DNA of 27,010 bases, from IMG/VR virus record IMGVR_UViG_3300025082_000056, positions 1 to 27,010 of that record; one strand, given 5' to 3'. Positions 13,663-23,116 of the stretch are shown one piece after another. The position numbers and the translations under genes were made by a program. The notes beneath the pieces were generated by a model that saw only the letters and a list, made by a program, of their open reading frames with translations, ran no database searches and was not told the origin of the DNA. How positions within the stretch are numbered: position 1 is the first letter of the stretch; each line of letters starts with the position of its first letter. The stretch comes from a virus. Its lineage: Duplodnaviria; Caudoviricetes.

Positions 13663-14381
13663 GCCCCTTCTTTCTTCAATTGATCATAGCGATCCACGCG
13701 TTCAAGCCAAAGATTTTCATATTGATTTAAAAATGCATTGTCCATTTTAAATTCTTGATACAATCCATCTTTAGTACAAATACAAATTAAGCCCTGGTTA
13801 ATAGGACCATACTGTTCTTTATGTGCTAGAGAATAAGCAGCTATTTGATAATAATAATCTATAACATACTCTTCTCGTTTTGGGCGATTTGACTGCTTGA
13901 AGTCAATGATAGTAGGAATATTATTATATTCTCCCACTGCATCAGTTGCTCCTGCCCATCTATCTTTGTAGGCTAAGTTAACTTCATTACCATAAATAAT
14001 TTTTAAAGGTCCTAGGTTATTTATTATTTCGTGAGCCATGAGTCGTGCTTGTGCTCCATCTGCAGAAAGGTTTAAGTAGCCATCCCCGTTAAGATATTGT
14101 TCAAGAACATAATGCATTTCAGTTCCTCTAGTGGCTGCTTGCTTAGTAATTCTAGCAGCTTCCTGGTAGCCTACTCTTTCTCTCCATTTGTCTAGGGATT
14201 TTTTCTTTTCTTCTGATTGAGTAGCGCTTAAGATTGTAGTAACGCTGGGAACCTTCTTGTCTTTAACTGCATAGGTTCGTGGGCCGTGATCATCGTCACG
14301 TTTATAGGATTCGTATTGATATTTATTCAGACGTCTAAAGTCTTTAATAATAAACTTTTCTTTTTCCTTTATAAGTAACAC
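13659..14381 (-). CDS. PD-(D/E)XK-superfamily exonuclease
   Basis: VPSVTTIL, RGTEMH, E..L, AGATD, IIDFKQS and YQIAAY motifs; GTG start. Confidence 0.9.
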   Translation of the reverse strand: MLLIKEKEKFIIKDFRRLNKYQYESYKRDDDHGPRTYAVKDKKVPSVTTILSATQSEEKKKSLDKWRERVGYQEAARITKQAATRGTEMHYVLEQYLNGDGYLNLSADGAQARLMAHEIINNLGPLKIIYGNEVNLAYKDRWAGATDAVGEYNNIPTIIDFKQSNRPKREEYVIDYYYQIAAYSLAHKEQYGPINQGLICICTKDGLYQEFKMDNAFLNQYENLWLERVDRYDQLKKEGA

Positions 14382-14389
14382 ACTTACTT

Positions 14390-14596
14390 TTATAAAACTC
14401 TAAAGAGTAATGCAACAAGTATTCCTAGCATAGAAGTTAATAAAAAGCCTGAAGTTCCTATTATAATTTTTTCAATTCTGTTTACATCTCTTCTTAGGGC
14501 TTCAACTTTATCGTGTGTTTGTTTTTGCATAATTCTACAGAGCTTTTCGTGATCCGTGATTCGTTGGTGTGCTAACTCGTCTACTTTTTTAGGCAT
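14390..14596 (-). CDS. Small coiled-coil protein with C-terminal TM helix (possibly holin/XhlA-like)
   Basis: HEKLC...IEKIIIGTSGFLLTSMLGILVALLF; function is inferred from topology only. Confidence 0.7.
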   Translation of the reverse strand: MPKKVDELAHQRITDHEKLCRIMQKQTHDKVEALRRDVNRIEKIIIGTSGFLLTSMLGILVALLFRVL

Positions 14597-17500
14597 TTTT
14601 TGTAGCTATTCCTTGACCTAAACTATCTTGTGGCCACAATGATTGATATTGTGCAGCTCTATTGCCTTGTCCCTGTGGAATGTTTGCAAAGGATCCACCC
14701 ATAGGATCAGGACCAGTAACTTGCTGTCCTGTAGTTTGTTGAGGAGGTGTAGAGCCACCGGCCATTGTTGTTCTATCGTTATTAGTTGCTTGCATTTCTT
14801 TTTCTAATCCGTTTCTTACACCCATTAAAAAGTTATCTCCTGCAGCTAACACAGATGTAGAAGATTTAGATAATGCATTCTCAAGATTATAAGATCGTTG
14901 TTTTACAGAAGAGATTAATGCATTCTTATTCCACACTGGAGCGGGTACTTTTTCGGGAGATGTATTTAAATAATTTTGTATCTCTTCAAAATCTATTTTA
15001 TTTGAATTAACTTTTGGCATATCTTTATCTTCATCTGCCATAGCATTCCACCACTTAGCAAATAAACTTCTTAAAGTTTTTCCTCCTTCAACTGAAGGAT
15101 TAAATAACATTCTACTTACTCCTTCTCCTCCAATTTTTTGATCTATTCTTTCCATCTCAGTAAATAAATCATAAGTTCTTTTTAAAGCAGCCGGGTCCCC
15201 TAGCCATCCTCCAATGTGTCTTCCTAAAAGAATTAAAGCAGCAGATCCTGCGATACCTCCGAAGCCTCCCCCTACAGAACCCATAAGTAATGTTCCTCTA
15301 GCTACTCCTTGTCCTAAACTCATTCCACCAGCAGCTCCTAGGGTTAGTTTTCTTTGTACGAATACAGAAGGATCAGCAATTCCTACCTCTGCTTCTCTTC
15401 TCATTATTTTAATCATTGTTTCTAAATGATCTAAAGCTTGTTCGCCCCCTTTTCCTCCGCCATACATTTGAATTAATTTATTCTTGGCTGCTGCAATCTC
15501 TGTATCAGCTCCAGTTAATCCTAAGTTTTTAGCAAATTGTTCTACATTAAATCCTTGTACTTCATTCGCTCCTACTTTTAATGCTTTCCAAGGCTTGTCT
15601 CCTATACCAGATTGTAAAAGTTTATCTGGGTTAATTCCTTTTAACCATGTATCAGAAACAAATTCATCATTAATTTCATCAATGTATCTTCGGTTCATAA
15701 TACCGCTAGATTTCGCTTCTTCTAATAAACTAAATAAACTTCTTTCTTCTAAAGCTCTTGGTGCATATTTAAAAGAACTTTTAAATGCATCGTAGATATA
15801 TAGTTCTCTAAATCTATCAAACATTTCAGTACCTGTTTTGTTTTTACCATAGCCCATTAAAGTTTTTAAATCTTGTATAGCCATAGGACTTTTAGATCTA
15901 AACACAGATCGAATAGCCTTGTCCCACATTTCATCAGGATTAATTGTGGCTCTACCGGTAATGCCTACTAAACCTAAGTTAGTAAATATTTCTGAATCTA
16001 CTTTACGTATACTTTTTGCAGTTGTAGAGTAGTAAGGCATAATAGAATTATGGAAAAAACTATTAGCTTCTAGTTGAGCTTTTTGTACTTCATCAATTCC
16101 TTTCATAATCTTACCAATGTATTGTTCTCCTGCTTCTGCTCCGCCTTGTGCTACTATACTGTCATAAGATTTTTTAACCGCGTTAGTTTTTAATAATTCT
16201 TGCATTGGGTTTCCACCACCAATAGATGCCCAGTCTTTTTCTAAAGCAGTTCTTAAAGCTTGAACAAAACTTCTAGGGTCTTCTAGTTTGGTACTAGGTA
16301 AAACTTTAGTTAACATTTTTTGTAAACCTATAGCCTGTTGGGCAGTGATATTACCATCGTTTTGTGTTAACCATTTTAATTCTTTTATAAAAGCTACTAA
16401 TGGATCATCAAATTCTGTTACCGGAGACTGTGCTCCTACTCTAGCAGTTAAACCTTGCATCTCTCCATACAAGTTAGGGTATTGAGCTTGTAATCTTTTT
16501 AATACTTCATCTGCCCATACTCCAACGTGTTTAGTGGGAACAATTTTTAAATCTTCTAAGCCATGATACTTAGTAGCGTCTAATACTTTTTCATATTTAG
16601 TAGAAATAACATTAAACATTTCTTGAAAGTTTTTTCTAAATTGAGGAACTGATCCCAGTGCTAACAGTTGAGCATGTGACATAGGAACAGATGCATTAAT
16701 ATTATTTAAATAATTATTATAGAATTGAACTTCTAAATTGTTTCTAAATCTTTGACGCTTACCTGCTATCCAGGGAAATACTCCAACTGATTTATTAAAT
16801 TGTCTAACAAATCCAGCAAAGGCTCCGTGGTTTTCATTCATGACTGCTGATAAATTAGTATCATAACCATACTTGTATGCATTCGTTGCAATAATTTCTG
16901 CTTGCTTACCTTGCATACCTAAAATTCCTTTAGTCCATCTTCCTATTCCCCCTAACAAAGGCATTAATAAAAAGCCACCGGCATTAAATAGCATTGCATT
17001 CGACATAGCTTTATTTGCGTGAACAATCTCTTGCTCTACAGGCGAAAGTTTATCTATCTCATTTTCACTTACTCTAGCTAAATCTTCATGTGTTGCTCCA
17101 CCTGTATCAGTAAGTGCTTCAGCAACTCCATAGGTAATAGATCCCATTCCAGCTCCTGCCATACCAAGACCTTGGGATTTTAATTCTGTTTGTAACAATT
17201 GGCTTGGGCCGTAAAACATTTGACCGCCTTTAGCACCTAATCCATACTTAACTTGCTTTGTTGCTTTATCAATTCCTCTAGCAACTCTATTCCATACTGC
17301 TGCAGTTCTTGGAAGTAGGCCTATCGCTTTCTCTCCAATACCTATCACTCTACCTGCTGGGGTTCGTCGCATTAGTTTAGATGCAAGGTTAGACATTTTG
17401 TAAGCGTTGTTGCCTAGATTAACTAATCCATAGTTCGCTCTGCCTCCTGATGCAATAAATGCCTGGGCTATTTTATTTCTATCCTGAATGTAGGGCATTA

Positions 17501-17768
17501 AACTTCCAGCGACATCTCCTACTAATTCAAAGTCTAATCTTTTTAATCCTGTGGCAGCTTCAAAAGGTCTAAGCTGTTGTTCTTTTTCTTTAGCTAACGT
17601 TTGTGCTGCAGCTCCTTGCTCTTCCATCATAGCACCTACATTAGGGTAGCCTTTTAAGATTCCAGTTTGGAAAGCTTTATCTAATCCCATTAGTTGTTCT
17701 CTATTTAAAGTAGAAACATCTATTGCATTATTATCTATTGCTTTTTGTAATTGAGGTATGGATGCCAT
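14589..17768 (-). CDS. Large putative internal virion / DNA-ejection protein
   Basis: 1059 aa, helical, with Gly/Ala-rich hydrophobic segments; last large gene of the virion module; no catalytic motif recognised. Confidence 0.65.
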   Translation of the reverse strand: MASIPQLQKAIDNNAIDVSTLNREQLMGLDKAFQTGILKGYPNVGAMMEEQGAAAQTLAKEKEQQLRPFEAATGLKRLDFELVGDVAGSLMPYIQDRNKIAQAFIASGGRANYGLVNLGNNAYKMSNLASKLMRRTPAGRVIGIGEKAIGLLPRTAAVWNRVARGIDKATKQVKYGLGAKGGQMFYGPSQLLQTELKSQGLGMAGAGMGSITYGVAEALTDTGGATHEDLARVSENEIDKLSPVEQEIVHANKAMSNAMLFNAGGFLLMPLLGGIGRWTKGILGMQGKQAEIIATNAYKYGYDTNLSAVMNENHGAFAGFVRQFNKSVGVFPWIAGKRQRFRNNLEVQFYNNYLNNINASVPMSHAQLLALGSVPQFRKNFQEMFNVISTKYEKVLDATKYHGLEDLKIVPTKHVGVWADEVLKRLQAQYPNLYGEMQGLTARVGAQSPVTEFDDPLVAFIKELKWLTQNDGNITAQQAIGLQKMLTKVLPSTKLEDPRSFVQALRTALEKDWASIGGGNPMQELLKTNAVKKSYDSIVAQGGAEAGEQYIGKIMKGIDEVQKAQLEANSFFHNSIMPYYSTTAKSIRKVDSEIFTNLGLVGITGRATINPDEMWDKAIRSVFRSKSPMAIQDLKTLMGYGKNKTGTEMFDRFRELYIYDAFKSSFKYAPRALEERSLFSLLEEAKSSGIMNRRYIDEINDEFVSDTWLKGINPDKLLQSGIGDKPWKALKVGANEVQGFNVEQFAKNLGLTGADTEIAAAKNKLIQMYGGGKGGEQALDHLETMIKIMRREAEVGIADPSVFVQRKLTLGAAGGMSLGQGVARGTLLMGSVGGGFGGIAGSAALILLGRHIGGWLGDPAALKRTYDLFTEMERIDQKIGGEGVSRMLFNPSVEGGKTLRSLFAKWWNAMADEDKDMPKVNSNKIDFEEIQNYLNTSPEKVPAPVWNKNALISSVKQRSYNLENALSKSSTSVLAAGDNFLMGVRNGLEKEMQATNNDRTTMAGGSTPPQQTTGQQVTGPDPMGGSFANIPQGQGNRAAQYQSLWPQDSLGQGIATKNA

Positions 17769-20074
17769 TATGCCCCCGGTATTGGAATTGATTCTAGAGC
17801 GCCTATTACTTGTTCTTCGTTCTGTGCTTGAACTTGGTTACCAATTTTCCATTGATTAATATATGGAATAACGACAAAGGATTCTAAGAACGCACTATTG
17901 CCTCCAGATTCTAGATAATTATTAGCATCACTATTAAAGTTTCCAATTAGCTGTGCTTGAAGCGCTCTGTATGCAGATTTAATTGTTTTAGCAGTAACGT
18001 TTTGGTTTTTAAATGGTCTAGGAATTATACCTAATGCACCTGTTCTTTCAGCTGCTGCTTCAATATCCCATTTAGTTAAACGGTCTTCATGTTTGTTAGC
18101 GTTTGCAATAATATATTTTAATCTTGTTTCAATTAAAGCTACCTGCATCAGCTGGTCCAGTTGTTGTTGAGTTAAATCTTTATCATTATAATGATCCATT
18201 ACTTCTTTTCGAGTTGCCTCAATATCTTTTCGATATTCCCTTTGGATCCATTCTGCGTGGGTCATTGTTTCACCGCCTACACCAAATTTTCCACCTACTT
18301 TTACTGTGTCTGTCTCTAAATTGTCAGCAGCTAAAATTGTACTATCAATATAATTACCCATACTCATTCCTTGGGTGTATTTATTCTCGTAAGATTGGTA
18401 GTTATCAATAGCTCCTTTGTAATCTTCTGTAATTAGTTTCCATCCCCCTTTGTAACCTAGGACTTCATCAGGAGCGCTTAAGACATAATTTACATATTGT
18501 AATCCAGTTGCAGCACTACTTAATTTGGTTCTCATTTTATGTTGAGTTGTACCTGAAATTTCCAAACTTCGTGGATTTTCACCTTGGAAAGGAGGCCAGC
18601 TTATCGTACCGTCAGGGTTTTGCTTTTGCATTACCCATTGACCATTTTCATCTTCCCTAATTTCGAGTACTCGTTTACCATATAAAGCATTAGGATCATC
18701 AACCATGACATGTTTAACATCTCCTACTACTTTTTGTGGACCTAATTTATTTTCTTCTTGAGCTTTTAAGAAAGCAATAGCTAAGTCTTTATCAAATGCT
18801 CTTTGAGATTGGTTTAATGCAATAGCTGTATCGGTTACTGGACCTGTAGATTGTCCTACGACATCTAAGAATCCTTTTAATCCTTTTTCTCCAGACTTAT
18901 TGGACATCATTCCAGATGCTAGTTTCATTAGTAATAAATCTCTATCATTACCTTGAGCCCCTGTTAGATCAGTAATTTGGTTTCTAAATTTTAAAAACTT
19001 ATCTTTAGTTCCAAGATCTGCACTATTAAATTCTTCTTTTAAAACTTTAGCTTGTGTCTCTGCATCTTTAAGTTTTTGTGCTTCTAATATTGCGGCTTCA
19101 TCTTCATTAAGAGATGGTCCTCCCGCTGGTGGAATAGTCTCAGCAGTTAGAATATTCATTTCATTAGGATTATTTCTATCGTAATCTCCTTCTACCCCTG
19201 TTTGTCCTTCTCTTACTGCAAAATCTGTTTGCCAAATCTGTACTGCTTTGTCCACATGCTCTTGAGTAATCTCGTTAGCTCCCGCTTCGATTGCTACTTT
19301 CTGAGCAATGTTCATAATTAAATTTTGTTCATCATCACCTAGTTGGGCTCCTTCGCCTTCTCCTCTATACCATGCGGTACCAGCTCCACCTAAACCTAGA
19401 GGCACTGTCCATTTTGCTTGTTTATCTAATATTTTTTTTATTCCTCCTGCTCTTTTAAATGTTTTTTTAGCTTTAGATCCTTTAGTTGCAAGCTGTAATC
19501 CTTTAGCTGCCCAAGCTCCACCGAAAGGTATTAAAGATGCTTCGAAAGCTGCACTTCCATAGTCACCTTTTCTTGCAGCATCTACAGCATAGATAGCACT
19601 CGTTCCTCCAAATCCTAAACCAGCTAAACCTTTAGCAGTTCCATATTTTTTAGGATGTCTCATCATGTGTCTAGATATAGGTTTACCTATCGTTGATTGA
19701 TAGAAACTAGGTGGACCTTTACCTGTTCGTGTAAAAGGAAGAGTGCCCTTCCATGTAGGACCTTTGCCTGCCTTCTCTGCTGCTTTTGTAGCGGCTCGAG
19801 CTGCTTTATAGGTTCCATAAGCATATTTACCACCTTTTACAAGGCTCTGAATTCCGACTTGTCCTGCTTTCAAATATTTACCTGGACTAGCTAGCCACCA
19901 TGCCGCTTTTAGTGGATTGATTTTATAGGGATTTGATGCTGTTCCTTTTGCAAAAGAGGCACCTGGGATTCGTAATCCCTCTGGAGGTGTACCTGTTTGA
20001 TATTTAGGAATTTGATTATGTTTAATTTGGGCTGCGTGCCTGAACATTTTTCGGTTTAAGACTGGATCATTCAT
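17768..20074 (-). CDS. Putative internal virion / ejection protein
   Basis: 768 aa; MNDPVLNRKMFR start, basic Gly/Ala-rich N-terminal third and acidic helical remainder; GAGGTG SD; TAATG coupling to the next gene. Confidence 0.65.
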   Translation of the reverse strand: MNDPVLNRKMFRHAAQIKHNQIPKYQTGTPPEGLRIPGASFAKGTASNPYKINPLKAAWWLASPGKYLKAGQVGIQSLVKGGKYAYGTYKAARAATKAAEKAGKGPTWKGTLPFTRTGKGPPSFYQSTIGKPISRHMMRHPKKYGTAKGLAGLGFGGTSAIYAVDAARKGDYGSAAFEASLIPFGGAWAAKGLQLATKGSKAKKTFKRAGGIKKILDKQAKWTVPLGLGGAGTAWYRGEGEGAQLGDDEQNLIMNIAQKVAIEAGANEITQEHVDKAVQIWQTDFAVREGQTGVEGDYDRNNPNEMNILTAETIPPAGGPSLNEDEAAILEAQKLKDAETQAKVLKEEFNSADLGTKDKFLKFRNQITDLTGAQGNDRDLLLMKLASGMMSNKSGEKGLKGFLDVVGQSTGPVTDTAIALNQSQRAFDKDLAIAFLKAQEENKLGPQKVVGDVKHVMVDDPNALYGKRVLEIREDENGQWVMQKQNPDGTISWPPFQGENPRSLEISGTTQHKMRTKLSSAATGLQYVNYVLSAPDEVLGYKGGWKLITEDYKGAIDNYQSYENKYTQGMSMGNYIDSTILAADNLETDTVKVGGKFGVGGETMTHAEWIQREYRKDIEATRKEVMDHYNDKDLTQQQLDQLMQVALIETRLKYIIANANKHEDRLTKWDIEAAAERTGALGIIPRPFKNQNVTAKTIKSAYRALQAQLIGNFNSDANNYLESGGNSAFLESFVVIPYINQWKIGNQVQAQNEEQVIGALESIPIPGA

Positions 20075-20083
20075 CTCTCACCT

Positions 20084-20998
20084 CTACCTTTGAACTGTAA
20101 TATTGCTTGCTGGTCTGTTTACCATGTTGTAAGCAGCATAAGCTCCAATACCTGCACCCGCAGCTTGAGCTAAAGGATTAACTCCTGGACCTGTGGTTGC
20201 TGTAATCTGACTAGCTGATGTTGGAAGGTTGGTCATCATACCTTTCATGAATTCCATTCTTTGATACGGCTCGTAAGCTCTCGCCATTTGTGTTTGTCTT
20301 TGTGCACCTAAAGCTTGTTGTGCTAATTGTTGTTGTATTCCTCCTGCTTGAAGTTGACTCTGAAGATCTGCTTGTTGCATTTGTTGTGCTTGTGCTCCTG
20401 CTACTCCATATTGTTGAGCAGCCTGCATCCCTGTAGTCACTCCTAATCTTTGTTGTGCTTGAGCTGCACCTAAAGCTTGGCCATATATACCTGCCTGCAT
20501 TTGTCCAATTTGTCCTAGTCGTGCTCTATCCAATTCGGCTGATGCTACTCCTTGTCTTGCTCCCCCAAAAGCTCCCGCTTGAACCGCTTCGGCACCTAGT
20601 TGATTTTGTCTCATTTGAGACTGTCTGTTGATTTCATCTGTAACATGTTGCGAATATGGATTCATAAAAGAAGCAATACTTCCTGCTCCTGTTGCAGGTA
20701 AACCGCCCGCTAAAGTTTGAGCGCCTCCAATAGCTCCTATTCCTGATGCTAATTGAGGAAGTCCTACTCCTGTAGTTCCCGCATCTGTAAATGCATCTTG
20801 TTGTAATTGAGAAGGCTTAGCTGTTTGATAGGCAGGTAAACTGATTGGAGTTTTTGCTAAGTTTAAAGCTTCATCATAGAGTGCTAGTTTACGCGACTCT
20901 ACTCCTGGTGCTTCTCTTGCAATGTTTGTTTGTGTGCCGGTTGTGGAGCCGCCGCCTCCGCCGCCTCCGCCTCCGCCGCCCCAGCCAAAGAAACTCAT
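20084..20998 (-). CDS. Gln/Gly/Ala-rich putative ejection (pilot-type) virion protein
   Basis: Poly-Gly N-terminus, FMNPY and AGAFGGARQG motifs, Q/A-rich coiled region, C-terminal GAGIGAYAAY; AAGGAG SD. Confidence 0.7.
   Translation of the reverse strand: MSFFGWGGGGGGGGGGGSTTGTQTNIAREAPGVESRKLALYDEALNLAKTPISLPAYQTAKPSQLQQDAFTDAGTTGVGLPQLASGIGAIGGAQTLAGGLPATGAGSIASFMNPYSQHVTDEINRQSQMRQNQLGAEAVQAGAFGGARQGVASAELDRARLGQIGQMQAGIYGQALGAAQAQQRLGVTTGMQAAQQYGVAGAQAQQMQQADLQSQLQAGGIQQQLAQQALGAQRQTQMARAYEPYQRMEFMKGMMTNLPTSASQITATTGPGVNPLAQAAGAGIGAYAAYNMVNRPASNITVQR
20948..20980 (-). repeat. GGC/GGA trinucleotide run encoding 11 consecutive glycines
   Basis: + strand gccgccgcctccgccgcctccgcctccgccgcc; 30 of 33 nt are G/C. 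Confidence 0.85.
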
Positions 20999-21456
20999 AT
21001 TAACTCCTTAACAAAGTGATAATGTTTTACTTTCCAACCGTGCGGAATAACACTTTTTAAATATCCCGGACGACCTTGAACGCTGATTCGTTTACAGCCA
21101 TTCAATTTACCCATCTCTTCGATGGTTTTAATAATTTTATCTACCCATAATTTATAATATTTACCAGTTAAAATTAAAACCTGATATTCTTTAAAGTTAG
21201 GTAGCTTCATAAACTGTGTAACCATGACACCAAATACTTTATTCTCTAACCCATCATCCGATCCATAAATAATAAACAATTGATTAGTATCTTTTTTACA
21301 ATTGGCTTTAATATGAGAAGATTCTGCCCAGCTTCCACCATATTTTAAAGCTTCTTTAATTTGAAATTCAACTAAAGCCCACATATTATCTACGTCCTTG
21401 GGTGCAATAGCTAATACTTCAATTTCTTTTTTAATGTTCTGTTTTTTTGCTTGCAT
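20995..21456 (-). CDS. Putative GNAT-fold virion-assembly protein (T7 gp13-like position)
   Basis: Likely start MQAKKQ at 21456; IEEMGKLNGCKRISVQGRPGYLKSVIPHGW resembles an acetyltransferase-fold C-terminus; lies before the ejection genes. Confidence 0.6.
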   Translation of the reverse strand: MQAKKQNIKKEIEVLAIAPKDVDNMWALVEFQIKEALKYGGSWAESSHIKANCKKDTNQLFIIYGSDDGLENKVFGVMVTQFMKLPNFKEYQVLILTGKYYKLWVDKIIKTIEEMGKLNGCKRISVQGRPGYLKSVIPHGWKVKHYHFVKELI

Positions 21457-22282
21457 GTAATAAATCAAATATCCTTTTAAATTTTTTCTGTTGATCGTAA
21501 AAGAAAGTTGCACCTTTCTTTCTCATTTCTTTTCTATCAGATATAGAAGCTCCTTCTAAAATACCGGCTCCTAATATAGCATCTGCTCGGGATACAAATT
21601 CACCATCTGCTAATTGAGCTAGGATAGTATCTTCGTCTTTATCTCCTTGGGGATCCTCTAAATAGCCTCCAGCTCTTATATAATTGTGCGTATCTTTTTC
21701 ATCGTGGGTAGTTTTAGAAGGAAGATAACTTACTCCTCCTTGATTAAATTTTTGAACACTCGCTAATCCCCCGGTATTATAATTATACACATTTTGGTTT
21801 GAATATAAGGAAGGTACTGCGCTCCAGTTACTAGCATAGTCTCCTATTCCTTTATGTGCTTGGGATTGTTTCTCGTATGCTTTTTTATAATCTTCTTCTG
21901 TGAAAGGTGGTTTAGGATCATCTTCTTTAAATAATTCTCCTGCTCCAACAGCGGCTGCCATTCCATAACCTAGCTTAGCTCCAGTGCTTTGTTTATTCCA
22001 CCAAGGTCCAAGTTTTGGTATAAAGCCTCTAATACCCGTTCCTGGTATAGGTGTAGCTCCTTTAGTTTGCATGGTAGCTGTGTTAACTCCTGGTGTTCCC
22101 CACAAAGATTTTATTCCACTCAAAGGTGCGCCTTGCCCTATACCCATGCCAGCACCGCCCATTGCTCCAATAGCAGCAGAACCACCTCCTACTAAGAAGG
22201 CATCTCTAAATGATCTTCCTGTTGATTTTCCTCTAAGTTTTTGTATGCCGAATGTAGCTAATGCTAATGTTAATGGATCCAT
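21431..22282 (-). CDS. Putative virion protein
   Basis: Gly-rich hydrophobic N-terminus; YNTGGLAS/FNQGG repeats; DTILAQLADGEFVSRADAI motif seen in phage tail and ejection proteins. Confidence 0.7.
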   Translation of the reverse strand: MDPLTLALATFGIQKLRGKSTGRSFRDAFLVGGGSAAIGAMGGAGMGIGQGAPLSGIKSLWGTPGVNTATMQTKGATPIPGTGIRGFIPKLGPWWNKQSTGAKLGYGMAAAVGAGELFKEDDPKPPFTEEDYKKAYEKQSQAHKGIGDYASNWSAVPSLYSNQNVYNYNTGGLASVQKFNQGGVSYLPSKTTHDEKDTHNYIRAGGYLEDPQGDKDEDTILAQLADGEFVSRADAILGAGILEGASISDRKEMRKKGATFFYDQQKKFKRIFDLLHASKKTEH

Positions 22283-22308
22283 AATAATAAATATCTATTG
22301 TATTTACC

Positions 22309-22337
22309 ATTTTACCCATAAGTGAGGCACATATCAA
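22309..22337 (-). promoter_or_regulatory. sigma70-like internal promoter for the ejection-protein genes
   Basis: TTGATA(22337-22332)-N17-TAAAAT(22314-22309), starting 2 nt after the GT2 stop; AT-rich leader without SD. Confidence 0.6.
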
Positions 22338-22339
22338 TA

Positions 22340-23116
22340 TCATGCCACAGTTAGCTCATGTTTTAATTTACCTATATAAGACTTCTCGCCGGTATGGGTA
22401 ATATATTCATCGACTAAGGCATGTATTTTACCACCTACATCAGTCCATAATTTACAGAAATAGAAGTCTTCTCCTAAATAAGTTTCTTCTTCTTGATTAT
22501 AATAAGTATCAAAAAAGTTATAAAAATTAGGTCTTCGTACCATCTTACCATCTATAACATGGTCTTGTTTAATGGTAAGTTTAGGGTATTCCTTGACTAA
22601 CTTCGTAAATACAGAACGTTGTATCATCATACATCCCGCTGGTGCTCTATGTAATTCTATCCAACCATCTTTAATTTTAATATTATCAGGATCTTTAACA
22701 TGAATGGGAAAGGTTAATCCCATTGTTTCTACATCATCATCCGGACGACGCTTTAGATCCTCTCTAAATTTGTTTTGATTTATAGTTTTCATCGGATAAG
22801 CAATACAGCTTATCTCATGATCCGAATGTAATAATCTAAAAATAGATCTAGTACTAAAGGAGATGTCCGAATCAATAAATAAAAAATGAGTGCAAGAAGA
22901 ATTGAGAAAAGCAGAGACAGCTAGATTACGTCCTTGAGTAACTAAACTACTTTTAAGTATTTGAAAAGTAATATGATAACCATTCAATAGACATTCTTTT
23001 TGTAAATCCAAGATGGCTTTACAGTAGTGTAGTTGCACCGTGTCATAACACGGGGTAGCTACCATTAAGCTAATTCTAGATTTCGTTTCTTTTTTTAATG
23101 GTTGTTCTTTTTTCAC
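22340..23116 (-). CDS. GT-A fold (GT2-like) glycosyltransferase
   Basis: VATPCY, SLVTQGRN, DxD motif FLFIDSDI, AGCMMI, and GEDFYFC catalytic-base motif. Confidence 0.85.
   Translation of the reverse strand: MKKEQPLKKETKSRISLMVATPCYDTVQLHYCKAILDLQKECLLNGYHITFQILKSSLVTQGRNLAVSAFLNSSCTHFLFIDSDISFSTRSIFRLLHSDHEISCIAYPMKTINQNKFREDLKRRPDDDVETMGLTFPIHVKDPDNIKIKDGWIELHRAPAGCMMIQRSVFTKLVKEYPKLTIKQDHVIDGKMVRRPNFYNFFDTYYNQEEETYLGEDFYFCKLWTDVGGKIHALVDEYITHTGEKSYIGKLKHELTVA

Noticed and set aside
13659-14381. Cas4 / CRISPR association of the nuclease
   Set aside because: Lacks the four-Cys Fe-S motif of Cas4, and no repeat-spacer array or cas genes are visible.
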